Positions 1-18,583 of a DNA stretch of 64,000 bases are shown here, piece by piece (position 1 is the stretch's first letter; each line of letters opens with the position of its first letter). The notes below the pieces were generated by a model. It was given only the letters and a program-made list of their open reading frames with translations. It was not told where the DNA came from and did not search any database. The stretch is from assembly GCF_009914755.1 (NCBI RefSeq), contig NC_060928.1; one strand, written 5' to 3'. The stretch comes from the human T2T-CHM13v2.0 reference genome, Homo sapiens. A program made the translations under genes and the position numbers.

Positions 1-3720
<3,720 letters not shown>

Positions 3721-3948
3721 AAGTGGAATAAAATGTAATGTCATCAGAAAAAATAATGCCTCAGAGAACACAAGATTTTTGTTTTCATAGGTGAAGTCTT
3801 TTACCTAAGTAACAACAACAACAAAAAAACCAGAAACCAATAGCATATGTACTTTTTAGAAAAGGATATAATTTATTGTTCTGACACCATAAAAGAAATA
3901 AATATAATTTCACAAGAGAAACTGCCTTCCACTTTTATAAAATTTCGA

Positions 3949-4287
<339 letters not shown>

Positions 4288-5448
4288 TAAGAGGTTAGTC
4301 TAATGAAAGGGAAAATATTCTCAAGATACTTGATTTTAGAGCATAAAATGGAATCAAAGAAATCCTAAACCTTTTTTAAGCATTTGAATCCGTGGAGACT
4401 TACCCCAAAGCACAGCAATCTTCTCATTATATTATGTATAGCTGTTACAGGTGATATATTTTTATTTTAAAAAATGCCTTGAAAAGTCAATATGATTTTT
4501 TTCCTTTTATCGTGTGACGAACCACTTTAGTTGCAGGTTGTGGAAAATAATTTATCTCTATATTGCTTCAAAGTCCACACATTTATACAGGGTGTTATTT
4601 AGCACACACATTCAGAAATAATCCTTGTTAAAGCAGCATTTATTAGGACTATTTCAAATCTATATGTCTGCATGCATATTTGCATTAATTTGAAGAGCGA
4701 CCATAGTTTCAGCAGAAGGGAACACTCCAATAGTTAAGAAAAACTGCTCTATACTATTGTTTTACTTTTATATTTTTCCTGCAATTTTTAACTTAATCTA
4801 TCACAAGTCACTTAAAATTCTACCTCATGTTCTCCTAAGAGACAAAAAGAGAGTTGACTTAATTAAAGTTATGAACTTGCCTCTGATAGCTTATATATTT
4901 AATTCTTCTTCAATCTCTCTAGGTAAACTTTTAATCTGTCTAGGTAACAACTTTTCCATTTACCACAGTTATACTTTGTTGTCAACTTCTGCATGTATTC
5001 AAATGTGTACTGGATTTCCTGGTGTCATTACAGATCTCTCATATCTCACATATAGTCTGATGACGTGTATCATCATGTCCTACGTGTACATTGGAGCATC
5101 TCTCTTTGATCCTATTACGTCACTTGGCTTTCTTTGTCACTAGAAATCATGTGACAAAGAAATAAAATGTAAACATTTTATTCTTTTTCTAAATGTGAAT
5201 TTTTATCAACTGTTTACTATTTTCAGCCAGGTAAAAAAAAAAACAAATATTATTTTGATACATAAAATGTGCTTATAATAGTTTAGACAAAAGACTTGCA
5301 TTTCTCAGTCTAACTTTGTGCCTAATGTATGTTAAGAGCCCACCTCTCAACAGCCACATACTTGATATATATCAAGTCTCAATCACATAATTGACATGGA
5401 AACAAAGCCTGAAATATGAGATAATAGAGGTAAAAAAGTTAATGAAAA

Positions 5449-5712
5449 ACTTTGGGAGGTCGAGTCAGGCAGATCACTTGAGGTCAGGAGTTCAAGACCA
5501 GCCTGGCCAACATGGTGAAACCCTGTCTCTACTAAAAATACAAAAATTAGCCAGGTGTGGTAGTGCATGCCTGTAATCCCAGCTACTCAGACTGAGGAAG
5601 GAGAATCACTTCAACCTGGCAGGTAGAGTTTGCAGTGAACTGAGATAGCATCATTGCACTCCAGCCAGCGCCACAGAGCAAGACTCCACCTCAAAAAAAG
5701 AAAAAAAAAAAA
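5449..5712 (+). mobile_element. Alu (AluS), 5'-truncated
   Basis: starts actttgggagg, polyA tail, TSD aaaaaagttaatga on both sides. Confidence 0.93.
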
Positions 5713-5967
5713 GTTAATGACATAACCACTCATCTGATAACCCCAAAAAGAATCAAGGAAGTTATTTTCAAACTCTTCCTCTTTCTCATTCTTTATATCC
5801 TTTATATACAATCTTTCTTATAGTATTATAAATTCTATCACCTAAATGTAAATCCAGAGTTCATATTCACATTCACTACTTTCATTCATATCTTCATAAT
5901 TTCTCAAGACCATTGACATTATTTCTTAGATGCTCACTCAAAAGGTTGCCTGATATCTCTGCCATAA

Positions 5968-6320
<353 letters not shown>

Positions 6321-7362
6321 TGAATAATCTTTTTAAAAATACAATTTAAAAAATAAGCTCAGCAATTCCACCTCTAGAAATGTATTATACAGAAATTGTT
6401 TACAATCCAAAATATTGTAAATGAATTGGAACTGACATATGAATGAACCTGATAATGTATGCTATTGAACAAATAGATGTTTTTAAAACTTCTGCTTTGT
6501 GTTTCTAAGGGTATAGGCCCAATTTAAGAGAACAATGGATTTTAATTATAAAATATAAGACACATAAGTAGTCTAATTGAGAAGAGATTGATGTTTAGCA
6601 TAATAGAAATATACTTCACATGACAGAGTAACAGGAATTTGAGGGTGACCACTGGTTACCCCTAAATTAAGAGTGAGTGTCATGGACATTAGTTAAAGCT
6701 CTCTGATAGGAAGAGAAGATTTCCTAATGATACAGCAGTAGATCTCATGGTAAGAACAGATACACAGCCCTTATAGATTTCTTGTTGTGAGGAATGTCTG
6801 GTTTCGTTTTTGAAACTATAATTATTAACATTTCATTTTGAACTTGTTTCCTTTTCAGTGTTGAAATTATTCATTTTTAACTCAAAATATGTACTTTAAG
6901 TGTGTTGTACACAACAGCCTTGGATGTGTGGTGCTTTGGGGAAGGAAATTATAAAGATGTCTGTGCATTAAGCAACGCAGGGCAAAGAAAAGACAGTAAT
7001 CAAAGAAGCAAAAACTAAGAGTGCAGAATCAAAATGGAGCCAATATCAAGAATTTGGAGCTAGAGCTAACAGCAAAACATCCCCTACATATTGGGGAATC
7101 CTAGGCAATGTTTGGAAATATTTACTCAACTTTTGATAGTATAAGAGCTATGGAGCTTAGGTCATTTTATTTGGCTATATTAAATCACTCCAGTAGGCAG
7201 GAAAACTTAGAAACATTTTGGCAGATTTTTCATTGAACTATTGATAGTTTTATACCTATAAAGTGGGAATTCTGAGATGAAGTAGAGGTGAGGATAGAGG
7301 ACTAGAGATAATTTTTTCTAAATTTATGTATTTCAACGTGATTTAACTTTTTACCACAAGCC

Positions 7363-7762
7363 TGCATTAGGCCATTCTTTGTGTTGATTGTAGGAATACC
7401 TGAGACTGGTAATTTCTAAAGAAAGGAGGTTTAATTTGCTCGTGGTTCTGCAGGATATACAAGCATGACACTGGCATCTGCTCAGCTTCTGGGGAGGCCT
7501 CAGGAAACTCACAATTATGGCCTAAGGTGAAGGGGAAGCATGCGTCTCACATGGCAAGAGCAAGAACAAGAGAGAGTGGAGGTGGTGACACGTAAACAAC
7601 CAGGCCTCGAGAGAACTCACTCACTATCATAAAGATAGTGCCAAGCTATGAGAGATCCCCCCAACCCGTTTGACCCAAACACCTCCCACCAGATCCTATC
7701 TCCAACACTGAGATTACAATTTAACATGAGATTTCATGGAGACAGATATTCAAACTATATCA
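7363..7762 (-). mobile_element. MaLR solo LTR (MST, MSTB-like)
   Basis: TG...CA ends (tgcattaggcc...caaactatatca), ggggaggcctcaggaaactcacaat motif, near-TSD aagcc/aagac. Confidence 0.88.
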
Positions 7763-8004
7763 AAGACTATTTCAAAAACCAATAAGCCTTTGAACATTTC
7801 ATCTCCAGTATGAAGTGTTCCCCAATTCTACCACATGGAGAATTAATCACTTTCTTCTCTGAGATCTTCTCAAAGGCAGGGGCCGTGCCTAGCATAGTAC
7901 TTGACACATGAGTCACTTAATATATGTTTGTTGAACAATCATTTAGTTTAACATCGTTATTTCACAGGTTAGATAGATGAGAGACAAAACATTAAATTTA
8001 TCCA

Positions 8005-8187
8005 CAGCAGTTTCTCGAACTCTGGTCCCTGAGCCAGAAGCACCAGCATCTCCTGAGATGTTGTTAGAAATGCAGTTTTGGGCCCCACTTCAGACCTAGA
8101 AGTTCAGAAACTCTGGATGCCACAGAGGTCTGTGCTTTATCAAGCTCTCTTGATACTTGATGGACACTCAAGTTTGAAAACCATTGC
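8005..8187. mobile_element. MER5A-like hAT-Charlie MITE
   Basis: cagcagtttctc...ttgttagaaatgcag...gggccccac...cagaaactctgg...aagtttgaaaaccattg. Confidence 0.8.
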
Positions 8188-9904
8188 TCAAAGGTAACAT
8201 AGATAGTATGGAATAAACAAAAATAGATATTTGAAATGAAGGTTTATATTGAATTATAATGTATGACATACAAAAATGGATTCAGTGCCTAGAATAAATA
8301 TTTCTAAGTTGACTTTTCACTGCAGAACCAACAAATTCATTTTTATATTTGTCTCACTTAATGTTACTGCTCTGGCTACAGACACTCTGCCTGTATCATA
8401 ATGCTAAACCATGAAATGGAACGATCAACCTTGAAATACGGAGTTTATTCATAAGCAAATGAGCCACCTCATTTTCATGAGTAAATCGCTTTCAGTTACA
8501 CATTTATGATCTTAAGTAAATCCAGTTACATGTTAATTATATTAGAATGAAAACGGAGCTAAAGATGCTATAATAATTACATGAAAACTATTATTTTATT
8601 TTCTATGCTTTATGCTTTGGAACATTGAAAAGAGGGTCCTTTTCTATCATGATGATGCCCACTGTAAAGAGAATACTACGTTGTAGTTATTGTGGGGGCC
8701 TGTCAAACACAATTGCTTACATATTTACAACCTGAAATTGTTTGTCTATATGATCTCAACATATATCTTTCTGCTTAAGGGGAAAATTATTCTATTAAGA
8801 AAAACTAGCTAGAACCACATCGCTAGGAAAGAAGTCATTGGTGACAGTGGTATGTAAGAAAAGAGCAGGTAAAATCATATTAGTTGATGCTGTGGTTGCA
8901 AATAGTTCTAATAAGTGGATCTGTGTTTCTACCAGCTATGTCCCTGAAACAAAGTTAAATGGTCGTGAATGTGACTTTGGAATACACACAGTGTGTAAGC
9001 AGGTCTTAGGCATATTACCCTACTTTTTATTCCTTGACACATATTGTTTAAAAACATATTTACTGCTTGTATTATGTTTGATTCAATTATTTTATACTAA
9101 ATTAGTATATATGAAGCACAGGAGAAAGGAAGAAATAGTGTTAAAATATTTCTAATTCTGTCTCTCTCTATATAAAACAAAACTGATATTTAATTTTAAA
9201 AATCACTTATAATAGACTCTCTGAGCTTCTTCTCCAAACAAGGGTCAAATTTCCATCTTCAAGATATGAACTTTGACTTTCACTAAGGGAGACCACAGTC
9301 TTCAAGTATGACCTATAACTTTGCATCTCTGTATTTGTCATTCTAATTGAATCATACATCTGCTCTATCAAAGCAAATATGTCACTTCAATCCTTCCTTT
9401 TAGCTGTACTAAAAGATTAATAAGAAATGGATTATCCATATCTCTTAATGAAGGAATAAAGCAATATAAAAATAATCGTGCAACCTTGCATTAAAACACT
9501 GCTTTCAGATTCAAAAGTAAAAGCTAGTGGAATTTTTTTTCTTTGTTGCTTGGCTAGAGTTTGCCTTGTTATATTGGTTTTGATTTTTACTCCAGTCCAA
9601 TTCTCTTCCAATAAACAAATTTGCCTTGTTTCCAGATAGCAAACTCAATTTTTCTATTTAGCCAAATTAATAATATTTTGTTCAGTATCATGTCTTCACC
9701 TTGATTTTTTAACTTTGGGACATATGTACATTAGTATCTGTTATAATTTACATAAATGATTTAATTTTCTTACTCTAGTCTCACATTTATTGTCATGACA
9801 ATATGCAGAAAAAAAGTGATTTTTTATTGTGCCTTACTTTTAAGAAATGATTGTTGATATTGTGCAAAAAGCTTTCACCTTTGTTGGATTTCTCTCTGAT
9901 TTTA

Positions 9905-10740
9905 TCTAGAAGTCTCTCTGGAGAATAGCTATAAACTCTTGCCCTGCCCTGACAGGCCTCCAGGAAATTTGGTCATGGATGTTTACAAGGTGTCTTTCAC
10001 AAAATATTTTTTGACCCGACAGACAGCCTGATGCCTGAGTGTTTGACCGGTGACCAGGTGTCCCTCTCACAGGAAACTTGTTTATACTGGCAGATGCCCT
10101 TGTTGCTCTTGTCTGACCTGTGTCTAGTTTATTTCTGCCAAGATATCCTCTTGACTGGGAGAAAAGTTAGGTTTGGATGTGTCAGCTAAGTGAGACCCAG
10201 AGGAGGCAACACAATAAAAACAGATGAAACTACAGGAGCAGTTTATTACTCACAGGTCCACGGGAGAAGATGGAGACTGATAAGGGCCAATGGGAAGTTC
10301 ACAGGGACAATATGCTCAATCAGCAAGGTGGGGAACCAGAAAGAGATGGATATGTGGGTGGAGGACTTTACTGTGATCCAGGGTATTACCCAAGCAGCTC
10401 TCCCAAGGGGAGTTCTAATAAGTAGCTTTAGAGGTAGCAGGCATGTACTCTAAGTGGTCACACTGTGACTGAAACGTGGTTACATATCTTCCCAGTCCAT
10501 GAAGGTTGTGGGGGTTGATGGAATCAGTCAAGAAGGTTGTACCTGTATGTCCCAGAGAGAGGTGGTCACCAGGAGGTGGTTATATAAGCCAGATATCTGG
10601 ATTGACAACACTGAGGACTTGGGAGGAGATGCAAGACTAGAAACTGTGTCAAGAGTGAATAAACTCTGTTTCTAATATAAGAAAGTTAAACCTATATTCA
10701 AAATGGATGCCAGGAAAACATAAAATTATAGAACATCACA
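9905..10740 (-). mobile_element. Old ERV LTR-derived sequence (tentatively MER73/MER74-like)
   Basis: Higher-GC block; minus strand begins TGTGATGTTCTATAATTTTATG...GGCATCCATTTTGAATAT, resembling recalled ERVL LTR starts; family and left edge uncertain. Confidence 0.5.
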
Positions 10741-11053
10741 ACCCTGAAATAGGAAGAATTGCATACCATTTTCTTACATTAAGATTCATTTATAAAATGA
10801 GATGATGTTAACTACTCTGTAGAACTGAAATATGTGGACTCATTTAGGCCAAGAGCTGCCATATAGGAGAAACCCACAAAATAGTGATAGAGCCTGAAAT
10901 TTACAGAACATACTAAATGTAGCCAAAGATTTAATCAGGGGATGTAAATTATATTCCACTCATATGTATAGAAATCCAACAATGTTTATTCCAGCAATAC
11001 ACAAAAATTTTGGTACATTTTCATATATGTGACTGAGAGATTTCAACAATTCT

Positions 11054-11363
<310 letters not shown>

Positions 11364-11479
11364 GAGATTTCAACAATTCTATCCATAAACCCAACTGATC
11401 ATTTAAAAGAGACACAGTGAGATCCTATTACACAAATTATATAATATCAAGATAGCTATCTTTTTATAATTTAGGGATT

Positions 11480-12070
11480 ATAGTTATTCATTAAACATAT
11501 ATTTAGTGAGCACCAGCAATATGCTGGGCAATGAATGACAGACAAGGTCTCTGCTATGAGAAAGCATATGTTGTAATAGTAGGAGATAAGCAATAAACAG
11601 GAATGTATATATCAGGTAGTTCATATGTGGATTGACAAAAAAAAAAAAAAATTCAACAGGCTGATGTAATGGAAAGGGATTGAAAGTCTACTTTAGATTG
11701 AACGATCAAAAAGCGATTTGCTGAAAAAGTAACATTCAAACTGAAAATTGAATATCAAAAGTAGCAAACTAGGTAAAGAATCTTAAGGCAGGTTATTACA
11801 GGCAGGGAGAACAGCTCCTTCAAAGGAACTCAGAACGTTAGAGGACTACAAAGAGGCCCATTGTAGCATACAGAGTTTGTCTAAAGGAGGGAGCTTTACA
11901 ATGAGGACTAAGTGGAAGGCGAACTGAGGGCAGGTGACTGTGCAGAAAGCTTTGCAGGCCAGGATAAGGAACATGAATTCTATTCTATGTGGAAAAAAAG
12001 ATGCCATTTAGGGTTTTAGGTAATGAATGACATGACTTACTGTAATCATTTTCATCTGTTTTAACAGTCA
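11480..12070 (-). mobile_element. LINE-2 fragment
   Basis: attcattaaacatatatttagtgagcacc antisense L2 3' end followed by purine-rich L2 body motifs. Confidence 0.7.
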
Positions 12071-12148
12071 AAGGTGCTTGAAGCATGTATCTTTTCTTCC
12101 CCCGTGAGGTACCACTATCGGATCAGCTATTACAAGTATGCAAAGATC

Positions 12149-12450
12149 CGTCGGGCGCGGTGGCTCATGCTTGTAATCCCAGCACTTCCGGAGGCTGAAG
12201 TGGGCGGATCAACGGAGGTCAGGAGTTTGAGACCAGCCTGGCCAACAAGTGAAACACTGTCTCTACTAAAACTACAAAAAATTAGCCAGGTAAGGTAGTG
12301 GGCACCTGTAATCCCAGCTACTTGGGACGCAGAGGCGGGAGAATCGCTTGAACCTGGGGGGCGGTGAGCCTAGATTGCACCAGTGCACTCCAGCCTGGGC
12401 GACAGAGTGAGACTCCGTCTCAAAAAAAAAAAAAAAAAAAAAAAAAGAAA
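12149..12450 (+). mobile_element. Alu (AluS)
   Basis: dimer with polyA; TSD aagtatgcaaagatc / aagtatccaaagatc. Confidence 0.95.
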
Positions 12451-15289
12451 AAGTATCCAAAGATCTTCCAAATGTTCCAAATGTTCTCAAACGTTATGTC
12501 AAGACACTGAAATACTTCCCTAAATGCCTCCTATGGGGATTGAAAAATATGCTGTTTGCAATGGGCATTTTCTTTCTAATGTTTGTTTACTCTGGTATAC
12601 TTAAGTCTAGGCTTCTTAAATGTTTTTCTTGGAATGAGTTTTCACACCAAGTTGATTTTTATTGAAAGTGTTGTGCTCAGCAAAACACTAATGAAATCCA
12701 TAGCATATTAATATTAAACAGAATTAGAGTTTTGTGATTTTGTGCTATTGTAAACACTAACAATAAAGGCTATTGAAGAAAAAATAAGATTATGGTTAAC
12801 AGAAGAGTATGTACTTCAAAGAATTAGGAATTATATTTATTCATTAAACACACATTTAGTGAGCACCAACAATCCTGGGCAATGAATGACATAGACAAGG
12901 TCTCTTCTATGAGAAAGCATGTTGTGTGCTTTGGATTTTGAGTAGGTAAAGTAACAGAATACATAATCCTTGAATTCACATGTTATCTTCTACTCACTGT
13001 TAGATATTTCAATCAGGAAAAAAATGAAAAAAAATTAGCAAAGCAAATAACTTCAATAGATTGTTTTATTGTTGTCATTAAATATTTAATAATTAATCTA
13101 AAATGGTGAAAAACTTCCAGAAGAAGCATAGTGGATGAGAAATGTCAGATAATATTTTAGACTCACAGCTAAGCTGGTAAATAAATAAAAAGAAGGTGCA
13201 GAAATCTTGTTAGATTGGCATAGTGCACAACCGCCTGACTTCTGAGAGAGGGAGAAAGCAATGTCATTCATCTTGCATAATATTCCCTCTCTGGTAAGAT
13301 TAGTTGATAACACAAGAGAATTTTCCCTAGCTTTACCTGACAAAAACTTGATACATCTTCTAGCAAGAGCAATTTTTCTACCATATTCAGCAATAGTAGT
13401 TTCTGAAGGGCTCTCTTATCTCATTTCTTATTCATCAATCTCCAAAAGACATGTTAGAAATAGCAAAATGTAAATCTCTTTATAACAAAATTAATCCAAT
13501 TTTTTTACTTGTCTTTCATGTGACACTGACTCATTGTCAGCTGAACATATGTAACAAATGCTTGTCATTTCTGAGTACTCAAAGAGCACGATCTAAAAGA
13601 AAGATAATTTCTTTTGACAAATGTATGTCAACACAAGGAACTACCTTTTTTGCTTATGATTCACTTGTCATGTCATCTTTTAAAATTAATACTTATCCAC
13701 AGTTTATGGAGGAAGACTATGATAGTCACTTTATATAATTATGGTTCTGAGGAAGCATATTTCCTTGAGTTTCTCAGTTTAGCATTTTGTCAAAATGGAT
13801 AAGAAAAGACACATAACTCTATACTCTCATATTTTTTCTTAAAATATTCCTATTAACATACAAATTATATTTCATGTGATATTAACCCTAAATTTGGCAC
13901 AGTGAAATTTAATTGAAGAGAAACACTTGATAAAAAATCAATTTCCCTAATAAATTATGTTTGATTTACCTTATCCTTGTATATTATTGCCATTTGACAT
14001 TTATAATTTTATTTCTAAGAAATGTATAGAAAAATCTTTAGCTGTACAGCAACAATTTGTATGTTCTGAAGAAATAAAATTTTGTGAAAAGAAAATCCAA
14101 ATATCATTAAGTTTTCTTCCTTTATTGTATTTCCAAGCAGTTTAAAATGTTTTGTATGAATAATTCTTAGAATCCAAACTAACATGTAATCAAAAAGTGT
14201 ATTTCACTGGTTGTATGATAAAGCCTATAAAATTGAATTGCATTGTTTCCCAATATACCTTAAACTTCGTCTCAACAACAGAACATTTATATTTTAATTA
14301 TTACTTTTTTATTAGTTACATACCATGGTACTTTATAAAATTATGAAGAGGCTTATAATTTTCACTATAAGTGACATAGTTATTAAATACTAAGTCACAT
14401 TGTTCCAAAAGCAAATTCAGGTGGCTTTATAAGAAATGTACAATACACCTAAATAGAATAAATTGAGTAAGGTAAGAAAAGTAAGCAAATACAAGATAAA
14501 ACATGAAAATCCACCCACAAATGAGGCTAGTCAAAATTTTATATTATACAATTCTATACATTTGCCATAAACTGACCACAATTTTGCCTCTAAGCTGTTT
14601 AACAGAAAACTCAGGGAAGAAAATCTAGTAAATCATGTCTTTCACATAGCCCTTAAGACAAACACCAAATACAGTAAAGTGACAGTATTTCTAATATTAG
14701 TATCAGAAAAAAAGTTGTGTCCTAAGGGTTCTCAAAAAGAAGATGCTGTGTAATGGAGTGAATATCTTCAAAGGTTTAGGATCTCTTTTTTCTTAAAAAG
14801 TCTCTCAGGGTAGACCAGTGGCATTACAAGCAAGTGCAATTTCTACAAAAGTTCCTGTAGAGAAACCATTTGATGCAACTAGCTTCTCGGCAACACTTCC
14901 TTCCAATTGTTGATTCTCTTTGATAATCTTTCAAGAAATAGAGTGTGCCAGGGAGTTTGTTTCCATATTGAATTATGGGCTCTTAAAATGTAGCTCTATG
15001 TTAGCATTTAAAGGCAAAGCCTTAACTGACAGATGAGAAGGGAGAAGGGTTAGGGGATCCAAGGACCACAACATGGACATGTTCTGAAGAGAGGACTATT
15101 CCAGCTCCTCTGAGAGAGGTCAGATGAATAGCTTATACAGGGGTAGGGCTACCTGAAAAATAATTTTGAACCTACTGTAGCAGAAAAACGGACAGCTAAG
15201 GAAGAAGTTTTCACTGTCTTGATTTTTAAGAAATAGTGTCTTAGACGTTTGGTGAGTTCTTATTGTATTATACATTATCGCTGTCATAA

Positions 15290-15455
15290 ACACTTGAGGA
15301 GCACTGACTCATGAGTTGATAGCATTCTTATGCAATTACGCAGATAGGAAATGAGGTTAAGACATTAGCCTAAGATCGTGTGGTTAGTGTGTAGTAGAAC
15401 TAATAATTGAAGCAAGGATTCCTGGCCCCAAAGTCCACACTCTTCATTGCTATCA
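15290..15455 (-). mobile_element. MIR fragment
   Basis: cagataggaaatgaggttaag...ctaagatc...ggttagtg...cctggccccaaagtccacactctt. Confidence 0.6.
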
Positions 15456-15823
15456 GTAAATCACAGGGTGTTACAATAGACTGTTCTTTGTGACAATTTG
15501 AGTATATTATGGCATTGATTTAACTTTTAAAAGAGACTTCCAAGATTATTTGCCTTTGCAACAGAAAATAAAATAAAATTTGGAATTATTTTTATATATT
15601 AAAAAAATCTGCTCTATATGAGAGTAGGCTATCTATAAATTTAAAAAAATATTGTTGGCATTCGTGCTAAGCAAACAACTATTTTGCAAATTCAAGAGGA
15701 AGTGACCTTTTATATAACATATACAAGCAAAGTATATTAACTGATGGGTTACATATATATGTATAAAATTTTCATTAAAATTGAAAAAGATAACAAATAA
15801 AATTTTTAAAAGAGAGAAAGTAC

Positions 15824-15985
15824 CCAGGTGAGGTGGTGTGAGCCTGTAGTCCCAGCTACTTGGGAGGCTGAGGTGGATGAGTAGCTTGAGTCTAAGAATT
15901 CAAGGCTGCAGTGAACTGTGATCAGGCCATTGCACCTCAGCCTGGGTGACAGAAGGAGTCCTTCTCTCTAAAGAAGGAAAAAAAG
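15824..15985 (+). mobile_element. Alu monomer (FRAM / AluJ right-arm-like)
   Basis: single arm with ttcaaggctgcagtgaactgtgatc and A-rich tail. Confidence 0.85.
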
Positions 15986-16093
15986 AGAGAGAGTTACATA
16001 AAACTAAAATTAGCACTATAGCTGTATCAATTTGAATAAAATATCTAAACATGATGGAACCATGTCAAAGTAAAATGTATTTAGCTTGATACT

Positions 16094-16580
16094 TGTAAAG
16101 GGTTGAATTGTGGCCCCCGAAATATATTCTAGATTCCACCTAGAACCTGTGAATATGACTTTATTTGGGAAGAGTCTTTGTAGATGCAATTAAGTAAAGT
16201 AACTTGAAATTATACTAAATTATCCAGGTGGGCCTTTAATCAAAACACAAGTTTCCTTAAAAACAGAGAAGACATCCATTGATAAGAAGGATGAGAAAAA
16301 CAAATGAAACAGAGACGACAGAGAGAGAAGGAAGAAGAAAGTTCATGTAAAATGGAGGCAGAGATTGAAGCTATGTCATCTCAAGCCAAAAATTGTTTGA
16401 AGCTACCAGAAATTGGAAGAGGCAAGCAAAGATATTTCCTATATTCTTTGGAGAAAGCAAAGACTTGCTGAACCTTTAATTAGGACTTCTTACCCCGCGA
16501 AGTATGAGAGAATCAGTTTCAGCACTTTTTAAGCCATCAAATTTGAAGATGTTTGTTACAGGAGCCCTAGGCTAATTCAG
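16094..16580 (+). mobile_element. MaLR LTR (MLT1, C/D-like)
   Basis: tgtaaagggttgaattgtggccccc...agaacctgtgaatatgac...ggaggcagagattg...tttgttaca. Confidence 0.85.
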
Positions 16581-16691
16581 TGGCTATCTACATAGATATT
16601 TCAATACGCCCATAAATGGGTAATTTCAACTGACATTGAATCTCAATGATATTAAATGTTATTAATCATAAATATACTATGCTTTCATTTC

Positions 16692-16761
16692 TTTTTTGTT
16701 TTGTTTTGTTTTTCAGAGACAGTCTTGCTCTGTCAGCCAGGTTAGAGTAAAGTGGCAGATC
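16692..16761 (-). mobile_element. Alu 3' remnant
   Basis: (ttttg)n tail plus gagacagtcttgctctgtcagccagg...gtggcagatc, then abrupt switch to L1. Confidence 0.8.
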
Positions 16762-18583
16762 AAAGTTCCTGGATGCAAAATCAGTGTACAAAAATCAGTA
16801 GCAGTTCTATATTCCAATAACTTTCAAGTTGAGAGCCAAATCAAGAAGGCAATCTCTTTCATAATTGCCACAGAGAGAATGAAATGCCTAGAAATACAGA
16901 TAACCAAAGAGGTAAAGGATCTCTACATGCAGAATTACAAAACACTGAAGAAAGTAATAAAAGACAACACAAATAAATTGAAAAATGACCCAAGCTTATG
17001 GGTTGGAAGAATCAACATCACTAAAATACCCGTACTGCCCAAAACAATTTACAGATTTAATGCTATTTCTATCAAATTACTAATGTCATTTTTTCACAAA
17101 TTAGAAAAAATCTATTCTAAAATTTGTATGGAATCAAAAAGAGCCCAAATAGCCAAAGTAATCCTAAGCAAAAAATAAATCTGGAGGCATCACATTACCT
17201 GACTTCAGCCTATACTATATGGTTACACTAATCAAAACAGCATGGTACTAGTACAAAAACACACATATAGACCAAAAGAAAAGAATAGAGAACCCAGAAA
17301 TACAGCCACATACCTATAACCATCTGATTTTCAACAAACTTGACAAAAATAAGCAATGGGGAAATGACTTCTTATTCAGTAAATGCTCCTGGGATAGCTA
17401 GCATGTCTATATGCAGAAGTATTACACTGGATTCCTACATACCACCATACACAAAAAATTAACCTAAGATAGATTAAAGACTTAAATGTAAAACCTCAAA
17501 CTATAAAAATCCTAGAAGAAACCCTAGGAAGCACCCTTCTCAGTATCAGCCTCGGCAGAAAATTTATGGACAAATCCTCAAACAAAAATTTATACAACAA
17601 AAACAAAAATTGGCTAATGACAGGATGTAATTAAAGAGTTTCTGCATAGCAAGAGAAACTATCAATGGAATAAACAGATAACCTAAAGAATGAGAGAAAA
17701 TATTTGCAAACTATGCACCCAACAAAGGTCTATTATCCAGAATCTATAAGAAACTTTAACAAATCAACAAGTAAAATACAAATAACCTTATTCAAAATTG
17801 GGCAAAGGACAAGAGCAGACACTTCTCAAAAGAAAACATACATACAACCAACAAGCATATGAAAAAATATTAATTGTCATTAATCATCAGAGAAATACAA
17901 ATCAATACCACAGTGAGATACCATCTCAAACCAACAAGAATGGCTTTTGTTAAAAAGTCAAGAAATAACATATGTTGGTGAGGCTCTGGAAAAAAAGAAA
18001 CACATACACTGCTGCTGAGAATGTAAACTAGTTCAGTCACTGTGGAGAGCAGTTTGGAGATTTCTCCAAGCCCTATGAATTGAACTACCATTTGACTCAG
18101 CAATCTCATTACTGAGTATATACTCAAAGGAAAATAAATTGTTCTACCAAAAAGAACAATATGTTCATCACAGCATTATTCACAATAACAAATACATAGA
18201 ATCTACCCAGGTGTCCATGAACAGTAGATTGTATTTTTAAAATGTGGTACATATGCACCATGGAATACTATGCAGCGATAAAAAAGAATGATTTCATGTC
18301 TTTTGCACCAACATATAGGCAAACTAACACAGAAACAGATAACCAAATCATGCTTGTTATTACATGTGGGAGATAAACATTGGGTATACATGGTCTGGTC
18401 ATAAAAATTGGGACAACAGACACTCGGCAATACAAGAGGGGGGATAAAGGGAGAGGGTAAGGATTGGATACTATGTTCACTACCTGGGTGACAGATTCAC
18501 TCCAAACCTCAACATCACACAATATACCTTTGTATCAGATCTGCATATTTATCCCCTGATTATAAAATAAAAGTTGACAAAAA
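16762..18583 (+). mobile_element. 5'-truncated LINE-1 (L1PB/L1MA-like), ORF2 3' part plus 3' UTR
   Basis: ORF 16696-17178 carries ORF2-like peptide (KISVQKSVA..., [12 protein letters not shown]); 3' UTR ending aaaataaaagttg. Confidence 0.93.

Noticed and set aside
4757-5143. 128-aa ORF in unique-looking sequence, also 8838-9155, 46475-46777 and 48878-49342
   Set aside because: Non-ATG starts, AT-rich composition, no recognisable domain or exon structure; consistent with chance.
11471-12925. Repeated segments considered as a CRISPR-like or regular array
   Set aside because: Only two copies, no spacer periodicity, eukaryotic context.
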